The notes under the pieces: generated by a model | What the model was told of the DNA's origin: nothing | The model's database searches: none | Seen by the model: the letters and a program-made list of their open reading frames with translations, nothing else | Part shown: piece after piece, positions 61,350-64,000 of the stretch | Layout: each line of letters opens with the position of its first letter | How positions within the stretch are numbered: position 1 is the first letter of the stretch | From: Aureliella sp. | GTDB lineage: Bacteria > Planctomycetota > Planctomycetia > Pirellulales > Pirellulaceae | DNA length: 64,000 nucleotides | Assembly: GCA_963691875.1 (NCBI GenBank) | Contig: OY829846.1 | Span: 4,288,001-4,352,000 of the forward strand | Direction: 5' to 3' | Translations under genes and position numbers: made by a program

Positions 61350-62978
61350 ATGCGAAATCGAACCTCTCACTGGATCGCTGTTTGCTGCATCGCTGTGTTT
61401 TCGCTTGTTGCCAGTCCTGTTGCATCCCAAGCGGACGAACGACCGAACGTCATCGTTTTCCTAGCAGATGATCTCGGCTTCTCCGACATCGGATGCTACG
61501 GTGGCGAGGTAGAAACTCCTGTTCTTGATTCTTTGGCCGCCGGTGGATTGCGTTACACGCAGTTCTACAATACGGCTCGTTGCTGGCCCACTCGAGCCGC
61601 GATTCTGACCGGATACTACCCTCAGCAGATTGGCCGTGATGCCTTGCCGGGTGTTCCAGGCGGCAATCGATTCGGTCGTCCCGATTGGGCTGAGCTTGTA
61701 CCCAAGAAACTCAAGCCACTTGGCTATCGCAGCTACATTTCTGGCAAGTGGCACATCGATGGCAAGCCGATCGCCAACGGCTTCGACCGCAGCTTCACGA
61801 TGGATGATCACAATCGCTTCTTCAATCCTCAGAACATGTCCGAGGATGACAAGCGACTGCCTCCCATCCCCAAGGGCACTGACTACTATGCCACAACGGG
61901 AATTGCCGACCATGCAATTAAGGTGCTGAAGGAACACGAAGCTTCGCACTCTGACAAACCGTTCTTTCACTACGTCGCCTTTATCTGTCCGCATTTCCCA
62001 CTGCATGCACCTGCCAAAGAAATCGCCAAGTATAAAGGGCGCTTTGACAACGGCTGGGATGTCGCGCGTCAGCAACGATTCCAACGGATGAAAGATATGG
62101 GCATCGTGCGAGGTGAGTTATCCAAATTAGAGCCCGAGATCGGACCGCCTTATACAAAGTGGTCCGATCCCGCCAAGGAGCAGCTGGGCGAGAAGGAAGT
62201 CGTTCTTGAGAAGAGCTGGAACGAACTAAGCAAAACGCAGCAAGCCTTCCAAGCTACCAAGATGGAAATTCACGCCGCCATGGTCGACAAGATGGATCAG
62301 GAGATCGGTCGCGTCATTGATCAAGTCAAAGCCATGGACGAGTTCGAGAATACACTCATTCTGTTCTTGTCTGACAACGGCGCCAGTGCTGAAATCATGA
62401 TTCGCGGTGACGGGCACGATGACAATGCATCCCCTGGTTCGGCCGAGTCCTATCTTTGCCTGGGCCCCGGCTGGTCCAGCGCTGCCAACACACCGTTTCG
62501 CCGGCACAAGACTTGGGTTCACGAAGGGGGAGCTGCCACACCACTCATCGCTCACTGGCCCAAAGGCATCGCCGCCCGAGGAGAGCTTCGCCAACGCGTC
62601 GGCCACGTCGTTGACATTCCTCACACCATCGTCGATCTAGCCGGTGGCAAGTGGTCGAATGAATTTCAAGGTAAACCGATTCCTGAGAGTCCTGGTGCAA
62701 GTATTGCTCCATCTTTCTCCGAGGATATCAATCCACAGCGTAGCCTATGGTGGTTGCACGAAGGTAATCGTGCGGTTCGCAAAGGCAACTACAAGCTTGT
62801 CGCCGCGAAGAACGAGTCCTGGCAGTTATACGACATGACTGAAGACCGCGCCGAGTCGAACGATCTCCGGGTCAAGATGCCCGCCAAAGCCCGCGAACTA
62901 CAGGACGAGTGGCAAGCCATCACCGACCAATATGAACGCCTCGCCAAGGAACGCATGCGGAAAAAAAAGGGTAAGTAG
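61350..62978 (+). CDS. Arylsulfatase (Cys-type)
   Basis: LADDLG, RCWPTRAAILTG, GKWH, PHFPLHAP, SDNGAS and HEGG. Confidence 0.95.
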   Translation: MRNRTSHWIAVCCIAVFSLVASPVASQADERPNVIVFLADDLGFSDIGCYGGEVETPVLDSLAAGGLRYTQFYNTARCWPTRAAILTGYYPQQIGRDALPGVPGGNRFGRPDWAELVPKKLKPLGYRSYISGKWHIDGKPIANGFDRSFTMDDHNRFFNPQNMSEDDKRLPPIPKGTDYYATTGIADHAIKVLKEHEASHSDKPFFHYVAFICPHFPLHAPAKEIAKYKGRFDNGWDVARQQRFQRMKDMGIVRGELSKLEPEIGPPYTKWSDPAKEQLGEKEVVLEKSWNELSKTQQAFQATKMEIHAAMVDKMDQEIGRVIDQVKAMDEFENTLILFLSDNGASAEIMIRGDGHDDNASPGSAESYLCLGPGWSSAANTPFRRHKTWVHEGGAATPLIAHWPKGIAARGELRQRVGHVVDIPHTIVDLAGGKWSNEFQGKPIPESPGASIAPSFSEDINPQRSLWWLHEGNRAVRKGNYKLVAAKNESWQLYDMTEDRAESNDLRVKMPAKARELQDEWQAITDQYERLAKERMRKKKGK

Positions 62979-63039
62979 TTGCATTGATGGGTGGACGCCG
63001 AAGCGACATTTTGCTTCCTAAGTCGAATCGAGCGAGGGT

Positions 63040-64000
63040 GCAAGGCGTCGAGACAATCGCATCGCTAGCCCAGCCAGTGACCTTACAGGGTTGGACGCGC
63101 ATGGATGATAGGCTCTAGAAGTGCCATACCGTAGATCGGCTGTCTGGGCTCAGGCGAGTTAACGATGTAGGTGGCAAATACCCCACAAGCTTGCAGACAA
63201 GCCGATCTCGAAGGCTCCCTGGTGCAGACATCACGCCGTCCTTCACCGCGGACGTTAACCTTAGACCATCGCTTGTAGTGGATCACGAGGGCAATTCTGC
63301 GATCTGCAAATAGAAGCCCTTTGCTGTTAAGTAGTCTCCGCGGTTGTTCGACATAAGCGAAAGCCCGCTGAGTCAAAAGCTCAGAGTAAAGATGCCAGTC
63401 AAAACCCCCGCGCTCCAGGATGAAAAATCGCACCGGTTTCGACGCGCTTGCGTCGCCGTGAACCGGACTGTCGATCTAGTTCGCGTTTTTTTCTGGACGA
63501 AGTAAGAAATTCGACCAATCTTTTCACCCTTTCCCGATCATTCGTGATGTGGATTCTAGGGCTAAACTGGCTCCAGTGCAGGAGGGTAGCATGGTCCAAA
63601 GAATCGTCGGTAACTTACTTGGTCCAGTCGCCTAGGTGCTGGTCATGCAACATCGTTAGACGGCAGCATGCTCTTGGATCTCTCCCGCAGCGATTACTTC
63701 GACGCAAGCCATGCTGTGTGCGAACCAAAGCACCTATTCGAACCCGAGCTGCAAGTCTTCTTTGCGGTGAGCCTGCATGCGAGCGTAGCGGGCTGATTCG
63801 ATAATCCAAGTTGTCGCCATCATGTGCTCGTTGGCTTGATCCTCTATGGCGACCGTGTTGGCCGAGTCAAACCATTTGCCAATCGAAGGATCGTCGCGTT
63901 AAACAAGTTTACGTTTGGCGAAGAAGTTGCAGGAGAACGCGGTTCGAGAAGAACCTTCGACCATGTGCTTGAAACGCGTCCTGGGAATGACTTCGTCATG
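63040..64000 (-). pseudogene. Probable heavily degraded gene remnant running off the window end
   Basis: The minus frame from 64000 reads protein-like but with repeated stops (...FAKRKLV*RDDPSIGKWFD...LQLGFE*VLWFAHSMACVE...). No family recognised. Confidence 0.3.

Noticed and set aside
1..64000. CRISPR array, tRNA/rRNA, IS/integrase, prophage or defence genes
   Set aside because: I saw no regularly spaced repeats, cloverleaf or rRNA signatures, or recognisable mobile/defence motifs. The many short antisense ORFs in the track are shadows of the listed genes.

Overview
Gene-dense bacterial DNA, almost certainly from a planctomycete (Pirellulaceae-like). This is inferred from the two planctomycete cytochrome-c/DUF gene pairs, two sulfatases, the zinc-ribbon and CPXCG proteins, a PEP-CTERM remnant and the style of the intergenic palindromes. 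There are about 40 CDS, mostly metabolic or housekeeping: class II photolyase, ppx, PP2C, putA, a split 5'-nucleotidase, an osmolyte ABC fusion, a Ca/Na antiporter, two GGTs, an S46 peptidase, a Phe-hydroxylase-like enzyme and panB, plus an uncharacterised sugar-conversion cluster at 29-38 kb. I found no rRNA, tRNA, CRISPR array, integrase or transposase. The most notable observations are: (i) a compact, highly structured minus-strand element at ~57.35-57.58 kb with a 14-nt perfect extended Shine-Dalgarno, a 13-aa ORF, an internal anti-SD and its own terminator; (ii) two intact membrane pseudoproteases, a prepilin-peptidase homolog lacking both catalytic Asp and a rhomboid lacking catalytic Ser/His; (iii) a cupin/TIM-barrel/Gfo-Idh-MocA/epimerase sugar pathway; (iv) several broken genes (an in-frame TAG, a double -1 frameshift, and an 11-bp duplication that destroys a PEP-CTERM anchor). 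All family calls come from motif recognition by eye; no searches were run.
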